Shown here: one piece after another, positions 29,744-39,271 of the stretch
Numbering within the stretch: position 1 is the stretch's first letter
How the letters are laid out: every line of letters starts with the position of its first letter
Sequence record: MW248466.1
Direction: 5' to 3' (one strand)
Length of the DNA stretch: 64,000 nucleotides
Notes under the pieces: generated by a model
Databases searched by the model: none
The model's input: the letters and a program-made list of their open reading frames with translations, nothing else
Told to the model about the DNA's origin: nothing
Made by a program: the position numbers and the translations under genes

Positions 29744-30022
29744 ATGAATGAAGAAATCGAAGATTTAGCAGGAGGAATAAACAATCTAGAAGTTGACCTT
29801 AAAGATATGACTCATAGATTATCTAATGATAGATCAATTATTAATTTTGAAATTGAAAAATTAAATAAAGCTGTAAATGATCTTTATGCATATAATGAAA
29901 ATCTTAAAAAAGAAAATGAACTTCTTAAAGAAGCAATAGTGTCTATTTCTAAGCATACAGGATTTAAGAATGATTATATAAATAAATTGTCTAAAGAAAT
30001 TGTTAAAGAAAATTTTAAATAA
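29744..30022 (+). CDS. small coiled-coil paralog with C-terminal KENFK tag
   Basis: LKKENELLKEAI; ends EIVKENFK. Confidence 0.7.
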   Translation: MNEEIEDLAGGINNLEVDLKDMTHRLSNDRSIINFEIEKLNKAVNDLYAYNENLKKENELLKEAIVSISKHTGFKNDYINKLSKEIVKENFK

Positions 30023-30042
30023 TAAAGAGATGTGATTTTATT

Positions 30043-30318
30043 TTGAATAATGAAAAAAGTTTAATTAATCGTGTGGAAGAATTAGAAGAACGTACTAGAA
30101 TGAATGAAATTAAATTAAATACTATGAAAGATAATTATCATTATTTAAATGACATTATAGGTACATTAATTAATAGAATAGAAAATTCCAATCAAACTAA
30201 TGAAAAGAAATTGGATGAAGTAAGATTAGAATTAGTTCGTCTTTCTAACGAATTAAATTCACATTCTGAAGTAACTAAAAAGTATCTAAAGAATTTTATC
30301 AGAGATAATCTTAAATAA
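30043..30318 (+). CDS. small coiled-coil protein, tag-like C-terminus
   Basis: Heptad pattern; ends KNFIRDNLK. Confidence 0.65.
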   Translation: MNNEKSLINRVEELEERTRMNEIKLNTMKDNYHYLNDIIGTLINRIENSNQTNEKKLDEVRLELVRLSNELNSHSEVTKKYLKNFIRDNLK

Positions 30319-30322
30319 AGGA

Positions 30323-30604
30323 ATGAAGTGTATGAATGCTATTAAAAGAATAATTGGTTCAGATGAATTTATTAATACTGTAAAGAAAACTATAGCTAGA
30401 ACTAAGAAAGCAGAAGAGAAATTTTATGATTTAAATAATAGAGTTGATAAAGCTTTATCTTTGGCTAATAAAGTTGTTGAAGATAATAAAGAAAAAGAAA
30501 GACAAATTAAAGAACTAAAAGAAGCTTTATCTAAAGAGAAAATTAATAACAGAAGTATAAAATCTCGATATAATAATCTACTATATAAAAATGGAGGAAA
30601 GTAA
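30323..30604 (+). CDS. small coiled-coil protein
   Basis: Heptad-rich ORF within tightly packed operon. Confidence 0.65.
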   Translation: MKCMNAIKRIIGSDEFINTVKKTIARTKKAEEKFYDLNNRVDKALSLANKVVEDNKEKERQIKELKEALSKEKINNRSIKSRYNNLLYKNGGK

Positions 30605-30609
30605 TAATT

Positions 30610-30837
30610 ATGAATCCAAATATTAGTTTTAATGACAATGGTAAATCTATGGATGAACTATATTCAAGGATACAACTTAGAGCAGCTAAACAAGTAGAAA
30701 AAGATATATTGAAAGATAATGAAGAATATTTTCTAGAAAAAGAAGTAAAAGAACTTAGAGAGCTTGTTTTTGAAGTAGCTAAAAAATATGACGTTAAAGA
30801 AATAAAAGATTATTTAGTTAGAAAAAATATGAAATAA
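30610..30837 (+). CDS. small coiled-coil paralog, tag-like C-terminus
   Basis: EKEVKELRELV; ends KEIKDYLVRKNMK. Confidence 0.7.
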   Translation: MNPNISFNDNGKSMDELYSRIQLRAAKQVEKDILKDNEEYFLEKEVKELRELVFEVAKKYDVKEIKDYLVRKNMK

Positions 30838-30863
30838 AGATTTAAGAAAAGAGTTGAATAAAA

Positions 30864-31055
30864 ATGGCTGAAAACGAACCTGATATTCTTAAAACAATTG
30901 AGAAAGTAACCAATGAAATTCTAGATAAAAATAAAGAATTAAAAAATGAGAATTTGGAACTTAAAGAATTGATATTGGATATTTCTAAAGATCATAATAT
31001 AGTAGACAAACGTATAACTGAAATAAAAGTTGATCTAGCAAAAAATATGAGGTAA
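30864..31055 (+). CDS. small coiled-coil paralog
   Basis: LKNENLELKELI; ends DLAKNMR. Confidence 0.7.
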   Translation: MAENEPDILKTIEKVTNEILDKNKELKNENLELKELILDISKDHNIVDKRITEIKVDLAKNMR

Positions 31056-31079
31056 TGACATTAATTTGTCATTACCTCA
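31048..31079. terminator. bidirectional terminator hairpin
   Basis: TGAGGTAATGACA-ttaatt-TGTCATTACCTCA between convergent genes. Confidence 0.6.
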
Positions 31080-31091
31080 ATTATACTGCTT

Positions 31092-33320
31092 TTAGTTATC
31101 ATATTTATCTTTGTATTCATAGTAGCTATCAAATTGAACTTCTAAACCTGAGAAAGCTGAAATGAATCCCATTCTACCTTCCATATTGATGTTTTCAATA
31201 TCTTTAAAATCAACATCTGGTTTACGATAATTGAAATTCTTATTTTTGTCTATAAATATTCTAATTCTATTTTCATTCTTAATAATCTTAATATACTTGT
31301 TATTAATATCTAATGGAACATGATTAGTTAAGAATAATTGTTTTTCTGATTCATCTTGGAATATTTCTTTAGGTTTCCCAAATACTTTATCAATTTCATA
31401 GAATCCAGTTTTCATGATACGGTCAGGATCTGTCATTACATCTTCATCATTCAAATCAAAGTAAGGAACATCCCAATTTTCTTGTTGAGAGGCTATCCAA
31501 AGCATATAACCTGAATTGAGTTGAGTGTTATAATCGAATACGATTCCCGCTCCACCAGTTTTATTTTTATTAATTACTTTAAATGTCATAATGTAATTTT
31601 TAGGGAATTTAAAGTTCTGGCTATAAACATAGTTCAATGCATCGTCATCAAATTTAGTTGTTCCTTCTATGAAGCTAATATAACCATAATTACCTAACGA
31701 TTGTTTAGATAAAGTTTTATTATAAAATCCGGTATAAGTTTGAGTTTCCACAGGAAACGTACCGTATGATCTTAATGCAACTATCATAGGATTAAAGTAT
31801 ATTCCTGATCTACTTTCATCATAGAAATAATCAGAACCATCTGGATTTTTAAGTGAATAATTGTATTCTAACTCAACTGTATACCAATCTTCTTTAGTCA
31901 CAATAAATGTATTATCAAATTCTTCATGACTAATTCCAGCTATTTCAAATTCATCTAAACTAACTTGAATTATTTCATTTGGATCAACGTCATCAACAAA
32001 ATTTGTTAATTTGACTTCTATTTCCATTTTCTTAATATTCTTCATATTGTACATCATATGTTTAAGATATGATTTTTGACCTTGAGTATTATAATTTTTA
32101 TTATTTGAAGGGAATATATTCTCTACTTTTTTGACTTTACCTGTATTTGATGTTAATGTGATATCATAAACTAATTTAGCTGTAGGATGATTATTATCTT
32201 TAAAGTTAGTTGAGTATCCCATATTAAACGCAAAGAAATCATAATTTAATAAACGTTTAATATTCATTCTAGGATTTTCATTTTCATCATCTAAAGTTAT
32301 CTTAACAAATGATGCAGAATTCTCATCTTCTTTATCAGATTTACTTAAAATATCTCCTTTAACTTCATATAAGCCAGTTTCTTGATTAAAGCTTACTGAA
32401 GATAATCTTGTTGATTCAAGATTAGAATGACTTACATCTTCATCATTAGCTTTTCTCAAGTCAAATATAGCTGTAGGTGCTTTAAATTGATAGTTCTCTG
32501 TAGCATTGATTATATTAAAACCTTTTCTGTCTGTTATTTTTAATTTAGATGTACCATTTTGTAAAGGTGCAAATAAATATTTCTCTCCTGGTTTAAAGTA
32601 CATTTTACCCTGAAATTTACGTGAAAAACCTTTTTTGTAAAATAAGTGTGGTAGAGTTTTCAAGCCATCATTATTAAGTGTAAATGGTTCTACTAAATCT
32701 TTATTATCTGTATCAGGTCTATAGAATTTATGCTCATGAACTTCATGTCTTTCTCTTAGATATCTATCAGAAGTGATATTCTCTAATTTATCTTCAAAAT
32801 CTGTTTCAGGTACAAATGGTATAATTCTAGGATCGTTATATCCCGGAGTAACTCTACCTGATTTTTCTTCAGTACTTTTCATCATGTGTTTAAAAATAGG
32901 TTTAGGGTTATTTTCAGTACCTAATATTTCATTTTCTTCATTAATAATCTTATTTAAATCATTAATGACAGTCTCTGGAAAAATTTTTACAGTATCTGTA
33001 TTAAATTGATCCGCTGTTTGCATATCATTAACAAAAAGTAAAAGATACCAAAGGTCAGTAGTACCATATAGTTCATTAGATAGATATTCAGGTCTATAGT
33101 GATATGATTTTGATAAGTCATAATCTATTAAATCTCTTTTAAGTACATTTTCATATTTTTTTAGTAATGGTAAACTAAAGACAGCTTGTTTTTCAAATAA
33201 ATACCATTCTGATATATTATTAAGTAATATTTTATTCGTCTTGGAGTATTCTATTTCATCAGACATTTCAGGTACATCATTTCTACCCATATTGTTATTT
33301 CCTACGTCACGAATAAGCAA
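31092..33320 (-). CDS. baseplate wedge (T4 gp53/LysM-like N-terminus) fused to long beta-rich extension
   Basis: YHYRPEYLSNELYGTTDLWYLLLFVN is the gp53-like motif; C-terminus (GAGIVFDY...YIKIIKNENRIRIFID...EGRMGFIS) resembles a lectin/DUF1080-type sandwich. Confidence 0.6.
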   Translation of the reverse strand: MLIRDVGNNNMGRNDVPEMSDEIEYSKTNKILLNNISEWYLFEKQAVFSLPLLKKYENVLKRDLIDYDLSKSYHYRPEYLSNELYGTTDLWYLLLFVNDMQTADQFNTDTVKIFPETVINDLNKIINEENEILGTENNPKPIFKHMMKSTEEKSGRVTPGYNDPRIIPFVPETDFEDKLENITSDRYLRERHEVHEHKFYRPDTDNKDLVEPFTLNNDGLKTLPHLFYKKGFSRKFQGKMYFKPGEKYLFAPLQNGTSKLKITDRKGFNIINATENYQFKAPTAIFDLRKANDEDVSHSNLESTRLSSVSFNQETGLYEVKGDILSKSDKEDENSASFVKITLDDENENPRMNIKRLLNYDFFAFNMGYSTNFKDNNHPTAKLVYDITLTSNTGKVKKVENIFPSNNKNYNTQGQKSYLKHMMYNMKNIKKMEIEVKLTNFVDDVDPNEIIQVSLDEFEIAGISHEEFDNTFIVTKEDWYTVELEYNYSLKNPDGSDYFYDESRSGIYFNPMIVALRSYGTFPVETQTYTGFYNKTLSKQSLGNYGYISFIEGTTKFDDDALNYVYSQNFKFPKNYIMTFKVINKNKTGGAGIVFDYNTQLNSGYMLWIASQQENWDVPYFDLNDEDVMTDPDRIMKTGFYEIDKVFGKPKEIFQDESEKQLFLTNHVPLDINNKYIKIIKNENRIRIFIDKNKNFNYRKPDVDFKDIENINMEGRMGFISAFSGLEVQFDSYYEYKDKYDN

Positions 33321-33353
33321 AATTATTTCACTTCCATTCTTATTTTGTTATAA

Positions 33354-33365
33354 TAAATGCATGTT
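33354..33365 (-). promoter_or_regulatory. putative late promoter AACA-N6-TA
   Basis: Minus strand AACAtgcattTA upstream of 33320. Confidence 0.45.
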
Positions 33366-33417
33366 AAAGTTCGAATGAGCATATTAATAAAAAACTAAAA
33401 ATTTCAACTAATATTTT

Positions 33418-33430
33418 AAATATATATTAT
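33418..33430 (+). promoter_or_regulatory. AAATATATATTAT motif (putative early promoter)
   Basis: Exact 13-mer upstream of the MoxR gene. Confidence 0.6.
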
Positions 33431-33498
33431 TTTAATGAGATTGAGATGGAATTAATCTTAATACTCAAAAATAAAAATTTTTAATTACAAGGAGAGAT

Positions 33499-35049
33499 TT
33501 GGATATGGCAAAAGTAAAATACTCACAAACAAAATTATTGGTAAGAGGAGCATTTAGAGCAGATGAAATTATCAACGTAGTTGGTGATGGCGGAATTGGT
33601 AAAACACAAATGATGAGAGATATTGCAGAAGAAGATAATATGAACTTCATTACAATTGCTGCGAATAACTTAAAAGAAGGGGAATTATCTTTACCAATGT
33701 TATCACAGAAAGATAATGAAGTTATCTATGCTCCAATGGATAAAATTAAATTAGCTAATAATCTTTTTGATAGTTATAAAGAATATCAAAGAGAAGGTGG
33801 AAAACAATATTCACGTAAAGACCTTTCTTTAAAATCTGTTGATGAATTAAAAGAAATTTATGTGAAATTGACTGGTAAAGATATTGTTGATTATTATGAG
33901 GATACTCATGAAAACTATGTTAATAAAGTATTTAACAAAGCTAGAGTTAAAAATGTTAAATATAGTAAAAATGATTTAATGAAAAAATCATTTGACGAGT
34001 TAGATGAAATTTATACAGAATTAACAGGTAAAGAATTAAGAGATAAAATTGGTAAAGGTTTCTATATCAAAGAAATTTTAGAAGCAGTTCCAAGACCTTA
34101 TACTCTATTATTCATTGATGAGATTGGTCGTACAGACCAACAAGTACAATCAGAGTTAATGAACTTCTTATTAGAACGTCAAGTAAACGGTTATCATTTA
34201 CCACCTAATGTTAAAATCGCACTAGCACAAAACCCATCTTCAGATATGCCGGGATTTGAAGATTCAGAATATGCAGCAACTTCTATGGATAACGCTGTAA
34301 GTTCACGTATCACATTTGTGCACATGATTCCAGATATTGAAAGTTGGGTAGACTTTGCTACTAAATATAAAGATGGTTCAGAAAAGCAAAATATTCATCC
34401 ATCTATTGTTGAGTTTGTAACTGAAAAAGAGAGTACTGAATACTTATTCAGACCTCAAAAAGAAGCTGGTAAAGATTTCAATGATACGAATCCACGTTCT
34501 TGGGAAATGATCTCTAACATGCTATATGTATTAGAAGAAGATGACATGTTTAAATTCTCTAATAGAGAAGAAGAGAAACGTAAGAAGAAAGATACTTTAC
34601 AATTCTTCACTGAAGGTAAAATTAATAGTGATTTAGCAAACTTATTTGTTAAATTCTATATTGAGAAACAAGCTAAATTACCTCGTCCAAGTGATATTCT
34701 ATTTGAATATGATAAAGGTAAAATGGTTCCTCGTAAAGAATTAGCTAAACAGCATATTGAAGTTATTGAAAGTCAATCAACTATTAGACAGTTAACATTG
34801 AAAACTTCAATGATTAACTACTTAAAAAATAATCCTGATTTAGCTGAAGAGCAAGTTATTCAAATTGCTGTAGAAGCTTTATTATTAGGTAAAGTTGAAA
34901 CTAATGCTACACCAATTAGATTAATTTCTAGACTTTCAGAATCTACTGAAGAGTCAGACCAAGAATTATATGAGAAATTCACTGATAACGAACTATACAG
35001 TGACAAAGCATTTGCACTATACGAACAAATGGTAGGAAGTTTAGGATAA
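33499..35049 (+). CDS. MoxR-like AAA+ ATPase with internal repeat insertion
   Basis: GDGGIGKT, LLFIDEIGR, AQNP, MDNAVSSR, TNPRSWE. Confidence 0.85.
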   Translation: MDMAKVKYSQTKLLVRGAFRADEIINVVGDGGIGKTQMMRDIAEEDNMNFITIAANNLKEGELSLPMLSQKDNEVIYAPMDKIKLANNLFDSYKEYQREGGKQYSRKDLSLKSVDELKEIYVKLTGKDIVDYYEDTHENYVNKVFNKARVKNVKYSKNDLMKKSFDELDEIYTELTGKELRDKIGKGFYIKEILEAVPRPYTLLFIDEIGRTDQQVQSELMNFLLERQVNGYHLPPNVKIALAQNPSSDMPGFEDSEYAATSMDNAVSSRITFVHMIPDIESWVDFATKYKDGSEKQNIHPSIVEFVTEKESTEYLFRPQKEAGKDFNDTNPRSWEMISNMLYVLEEDDMFKFSNREEEKRKKKDTLQFFTEGKINSDLANLFVKFYIEKQAKLPRPSDILFEYDKGKMVPRKELAKQHIEVIESQSTIRQLTLKTSMINYLKNNPDLAEEQVIQIAVEALLLGKVETNATPIRLISRLSESTEESDQELYEKFTDNELYSDKAFALYEQMVGSLG

Positions 35050-35113
35050 CAATTATAGATAATGGAGATTATTAGTCTCCATTATCTTCATTTATTTTTT
35101 TATAATTAGGAGA

Positions 35114-37051
35114 GTGAATTTGATAATGAATGATAATAGAACAATTAAAGTAATTAGAAAAGAAATATTAGATGAGGTACAGGAATCAATTGTAAATGAT
35201 AGACAATTAGATAAAAAGAAATTAACGAAGCTTGGAGAAGAATTAATTGAAAATAGTATTTTTGTTTTGTATACTTCTGATGTTGATATTTATGGAGTAA
35301 TGTTAATGACTGTAGAAAAGATCATTGATATTGAAATTCCAGAACCAACTTTCTCAGTATTTGATGAAGAAAAAGGTTATAAGATTGGTATTAATCCAGT
35401 ATTATTAGCTACTATGGTTGATAAAGATGAAGAAATAGTTTCTATGTTCCTGCATGAAGTTATACATGTAGCTCATGGACATTTAATTGAATTTAGAATG
35501 TTAAGAAATAAAGAAGACTCACAATTAAAAATGTTAAGTCACTTAGGAATGGATTTATCAGTATTTGAAATTGAAGAAGACTTCCAATTAGGTAAACGTG
35601 AAGCTAATACAAGTAAAAAAGTTTTACCTGAAATTGCACCTAATGTAGATAAGATTGAAAAGTATATTCAAGATAAATTTAATAAAACAGACTTTAAATT
35701 AAATCATAATGATGCTTCTCACTATTATATTAAACAATTAGTAGATATCTACAAAGAGAATAATGAAGAAGATATGTTTGATTCTATGGGTGAATCTATG
35801 CAAAATATGATTCAAGAGGCTTCAGAAAAACAAAATGAACGTGATGAAGATTCATTGAATGAAGAAAACGAAATGTTGAAAGGTATGTTAGAAGATTTAA
35901 AAGATATTGAAGATAAAAATGATTTATCTAGTAAATTAGAAGATAACAAACTAGAAGAAAATAAAGTTGATGATTTTGAAAATAAAGCTCAAGAGTATAT
36001 CAATAAATTAGATGAAATGAATCAAAATGATGAAGATAACAGTAATGATACTCAAAATCAAAAAGATATAGAAGAGAAAATGAACGATTTACTAGATTCA
36101 ATGAGAAATAATACCTCAGATAATAAATTTGATAGTAAAGATAATAGTGATTTATCTGATAAAATACAAGAAATGAAATCAGATATACTAAATCAAATGA
36201 TTCAGAATAATATGCAACAAGGTTCTCAAGGCATGCAAGGTGAAGATGGAGGTATGCAAGGAGGACAAAATGTCTCTGATATGGGAAGTAATATGACTAT
36301 GTCATCTTCTTTAGATGGAAATTCTAAACATGCAGATAAATTTGATTCTAATCCTCTTGAAGGAGATGCTACAGAGGAAAGAATGAAAGACCAATTGTAC
36401 GATTTATTAGAAAGTGCTAGTAGTAATAGTCGTGGTGACACACCTGCTCATATTAAAGAACAAATTGAAATTCTAAAACGTAAACCTAAGATTAAATGGC
36501 AAGATTATCTTAAAGCTAAAGTAGGTAAAAAACGTTCTTCTAGTACGAAAACTATTTTAAGAAGAAATAGAAGACAACCTTATCGTAGTGATGTACGTGG
36601 AACTTTACCTGGTAGAAAATTAGGTAAAGTATTTGCAGCTATTGATACTTCAGGGTCAATGGGTAGAAATGAAATTGAAGAAATTATCGCTGAATTATAT
36701 TATATTAGTAGTGATATGAAAATTGATTTAGTTTTATTATTCTTCTCAACTGATGTTGAAGAAGTAGTTGAAATAAATAGACCAAATCAATTTAATGATT
36801 ATGTAATGGGTCGTGGTGGAACTTACTTCAGTTCTGTATTTAGTTTCTTAAATGAAAAAGATAATAAACGTAAATATTCAGTATCGAAAGATGATACACT
36901 ATTATTCTTCTCAGACGGTTTTGGAGAACCTGAAGTAGAATACGGTGTATTAACTGATGTTATTTGGGTTATCACTGAAGATGAAGATAATCTTTCAGTT
37001 AGAGATCCAAAAGGTAAAGTATTAAAATTAGAAGTAGATAATAATAGATAA
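35114..37051 (+). CDS. metallopeptidase-like (HEXXH) + vWA domain protein, partner of MoxR
   Basis: FLHEVIHV; AAIDTSGSM (MIDAS), GRGGTYF, FFSDGFG; true start possibly TTG 35120 or ATG 35126. Confidence 0.8.
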   Translation: MNLIMNDNRTIKVIRKEILDEVQESIVNDRQLDKKKLTKLGEELIENSIFVLYTSDVDIYGVMLMTVEKIIDIEIPEPTFSVFDEEKGYKIGINPVLLATMVDKDEEIVSMFLHEVIHVAHGHLIEFRMLRNKEDSQLKMLSHLGMDLSVFEIEEDFQLGKREANTSKKVLPEIAPNVDKIEKYIQDKFNKTDFKLNHNDASHYYIKQLVDIYKENNEEDMFDSMGESMQNMIQEASEKQNERDEDSLNEENEMLKGMLEDLKDIEDKNDLSSKLEDNKLEENKVDDFENKAQEYINKLDEMNQNDEDNSNDTQNQKDIEEKMNDLLDSMRNNTSDNKFDSKDNSDLSDKIQEMKSDILNQMIQNNMQQGSQGMQGEDGGMQGGQNVSDMGSNMTMSSSLDGNSKHADKFDSNPLEGDATEERMKDQLYDLLESASSNSRGDTPAHIKEQIEILKRKPKIKWQDYLKAKVGKKRSSSTKTILRRNRRQPYRSDVRGTLPGRKLGKVFAAIDTSGSMGRNEIEEIIAELYYISSDMKIDLVLLFFSTDVEEVVEINRPNQFNDYVMGRGGTYFSSVFSFLNEKDNKRKYSVSKDDTLLFFSDGFGEPEVEYGVLTDVIWVITEDEDNLSVRDPKGKVLKLEVDNNR

Positions 37052-37059
37052 TTTAAATT

Positions 37060-37091
37060 ACGTCAATGGATATTAATTTATCCATTGACGT
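37060..37091 (+). terminator. terminator-like hairpin
   Basis: ACGTCAATGGATA...TATCCATTGACGT. Confidence 0.55.
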
Positions 37092-37128
37092 TTATATTTA
37101 AAATTTTTTACTTAAAGGAGATTAAACA

Positions 37129-39198
37129 ATGTTAAACAAGACTACAGAAAATGAATTAGAAAAGTTATTTAATGTCACTATTTATAATGAAGAATTTTCT
37201 AATTTAAAACCTATGTATAATAGAAAAGATACTGAAACTAGAACTAAATTAAATGACAATCAGAACTCTAGAGTGTATGAGAATTTAATAAATTTCATTA
37301 ATTATTCTAAATTAGGAATGACTCATATGTTTTTAACTCGTTCTAATAAATATAAAGGTAAATATATTGATTTTCTAAAAAATAGACTTGGCAAAGAAGA
37401 TTTATTAGATAAGAATGAATATGACTATACAGATAGATTTTTCAGATCTTTTATATACAATGTAGATATAATTAGAAGAAGTGAATATCAAACACATCAA
37501 TCTATAGAAAATGACTCTAAATTAGAAGATTCTTTCTTATTAAGAAATGGAAATGCAAATATTGACAGTTTTAAAACAGATAATGGATTATCTATAGAAT
37601 TTTTAGATAAAGATGTAAAGAAAGATTTCTTAGACAAAAACAAGCAAATTAGTTTAGAATCTTTACTAGCTATTGATACAATGGTATCTAATTCATTAAG
37701 AAAGAAATGGATAAAATCAATTGAACGTGAAGAATTACCTGATATGAATATTATATTTAAAGAAGTTCCAGAAGTAGTAATTATATTAGCTAATATTATA
37801 TATGAAGGATCAGACTTTAGATTATCACACATAGATAGAAGTGTTATTAATATAAATGAAGATGTTTCAGATGTTTTAAAACGAATATTAACTTTAACAT
37901 CTAATATCAATTATAAATTAATATTGGATTTAATGAATAAAGATTATTTAGACGAAAAATCAAAACATTTAAAAAATAATGAATTTTGTTTATTTGACGA
38001 TGATGATATTGATGCCGCATTTACTATAATCGGAAATATTAAAAGACAAACAGATCACATTAATAATTTTATAGAAGAAGGTAAATCAGATAATCTAGAA
38101 GATAATATTAATTTAATAATTAAAGAAAATGAAAATGAAGTAGATGATAATTTTGGAGAAATAATAAAAGTTTATATTGATAGAGTATTATCTAAATTTA
38201 GAGAATATGTTAAAGATGATACCGATATATTAAAAAATTCATCTAAGATTTTAATAGGTGAAGATTTATTTGATTTCCTTATGAAATTAGATGACCTCGA
38301 AATTTTGATGGTTAGAAATATATACAGAGTTTTAGATAATAATTTATATAATCCTGTAATCAGAGATGTTAGAGAATCAAAAGAAGAAGTTATGAATGAA
38401 ATAACAGATTATTTTAAAAATAACACTAAGAAATTATATTTAGATTTATCTAATATCGATATAAGTAAATTGAAAGATAGTTCTTTTGCATTATTAAATG
38501 ATTTCATAACAAATGGAGAAGTAAATAATCTTCGTATGAAACCTAATGAAGCTAATATGGAGTATTTCTATAAATTAAGTGTGGATAAAGAATTAAACCG
38601 TGATATATTAAATGATAATATAAAATATATGAAGCAAGAATTATTAGAAAATTTTAATGCTGAATCTAAAGCAACTTCCAACGCTATTATTGAATTTGAT
38701 AACTTTAATATTAATTTTTCTGTAATAGAAAATAATTCATATAATAATGAAATAGAAATAATGATGCAAGGAGTTACTTTTAAGAAAAAATTAACTGATG
38801 AAGATATTGCTACTATCTTTTTATATTCACATAAAGAAGTTAGTTTATATCAAGACAAAAAATTAGTTATCATAGATAAAAATTATTTCTCTAGAAGAGG
38901 TATAAATAAATTTATAAATAATATGAATAATATCTTTACTGATTTAGATGGTGAAAGTTTATCTAAATATATGTCTTTAATTTATGATTTGTTATCCTTA
39001 TCAGATAGCTCTTTTGAAGAAAATAAAGAAATTTATAATACTTTATATTATAATAAATTTGAATATACTAATGAAGAAAATGAGTTAAAAATCGATAGTT
39101 ATATTAATATAATTAATAATAAAGATATAACATCTGATTTTAAAAAGAAATTTAAAAAGGTAAGATCTAAGTATTTAGTTTCTAGAATATTTATTTAA
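37129..39198 (+). CDS. hypothetical protein (689 aa)
   Basis: Long ORF with RBS AAAGGAG; ends KYLVSRIFI (weak tag-like end). Confidence 0.7.
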   Translation: MLNKTTENELEKLFNVTIYNEEFSNLKPMYNRKDTETRTKLNDNQNSRVYENLINFINYSKLGMTHMFLTRSNKYKGKYIDFLKNRLGKEDLLDKNEYDYTDRFFRSFIYNVDIIRRSEYQTHQSIENDSKLEDSFLLRNGNANIDSFKTDNGLSIEFLDKDVKKDFLDKNKQISLESLLAIDTMVSNSLRKKWIKSIEREELPDMNIIFKEVPEVVIILANIIYEGSDFRLSHIDRSVININEDVSDVLKRILTLTSNINYKLILDLMNKDYLDEKSKHLKNNEFCLFDDDDIDAAFTIIGNIKRQTDHINNFIEEGKSDNLEDNINLIIKENENEVDDNFGEIIKVYIDRVLSKFREYVKDDTDILKNSSKILIGEDLFDFLMKLDDLEILMVRNIYRVLDNNLYNPVIRDVRESKEEVMNEITDYFKNNTKKLYLDLSNIDISKLKDSSFALLNDFITNGEVNNLRMKPNEANMEYFYKLSVDKELNRDILNDNIKYMKQELLENFNAESKATSNAIIEFDNFNINFSVIENNSYNNEIEIMMQGVTFKKKLTDEDIATIFLYSHKEVSLYQDKKLVIIDKNYFSRRGINKFINNMNNIFTDLDGESLSKYMSLIYDLLSLSDSSFEENKEIYNTLYYNKFEYTNEENELKIDSYINIINNKDITSDFKKKFKKVRSKYLVSRIFI

Positions 39199-39209
39199 AT
39201 ATATATTAT
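39197..39209 (+). promoter_or_regulatory. AAATATATATTAT motif (putative early promoter)
   Basis: Exact 13-mer. Confidence 0.6.
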
Positions 39210-39271
39210 ATAATTGAGTTGGTAATTTAACTTATCAACTCAATTTAATTTTTAATTAATAGGAGAGTGAA

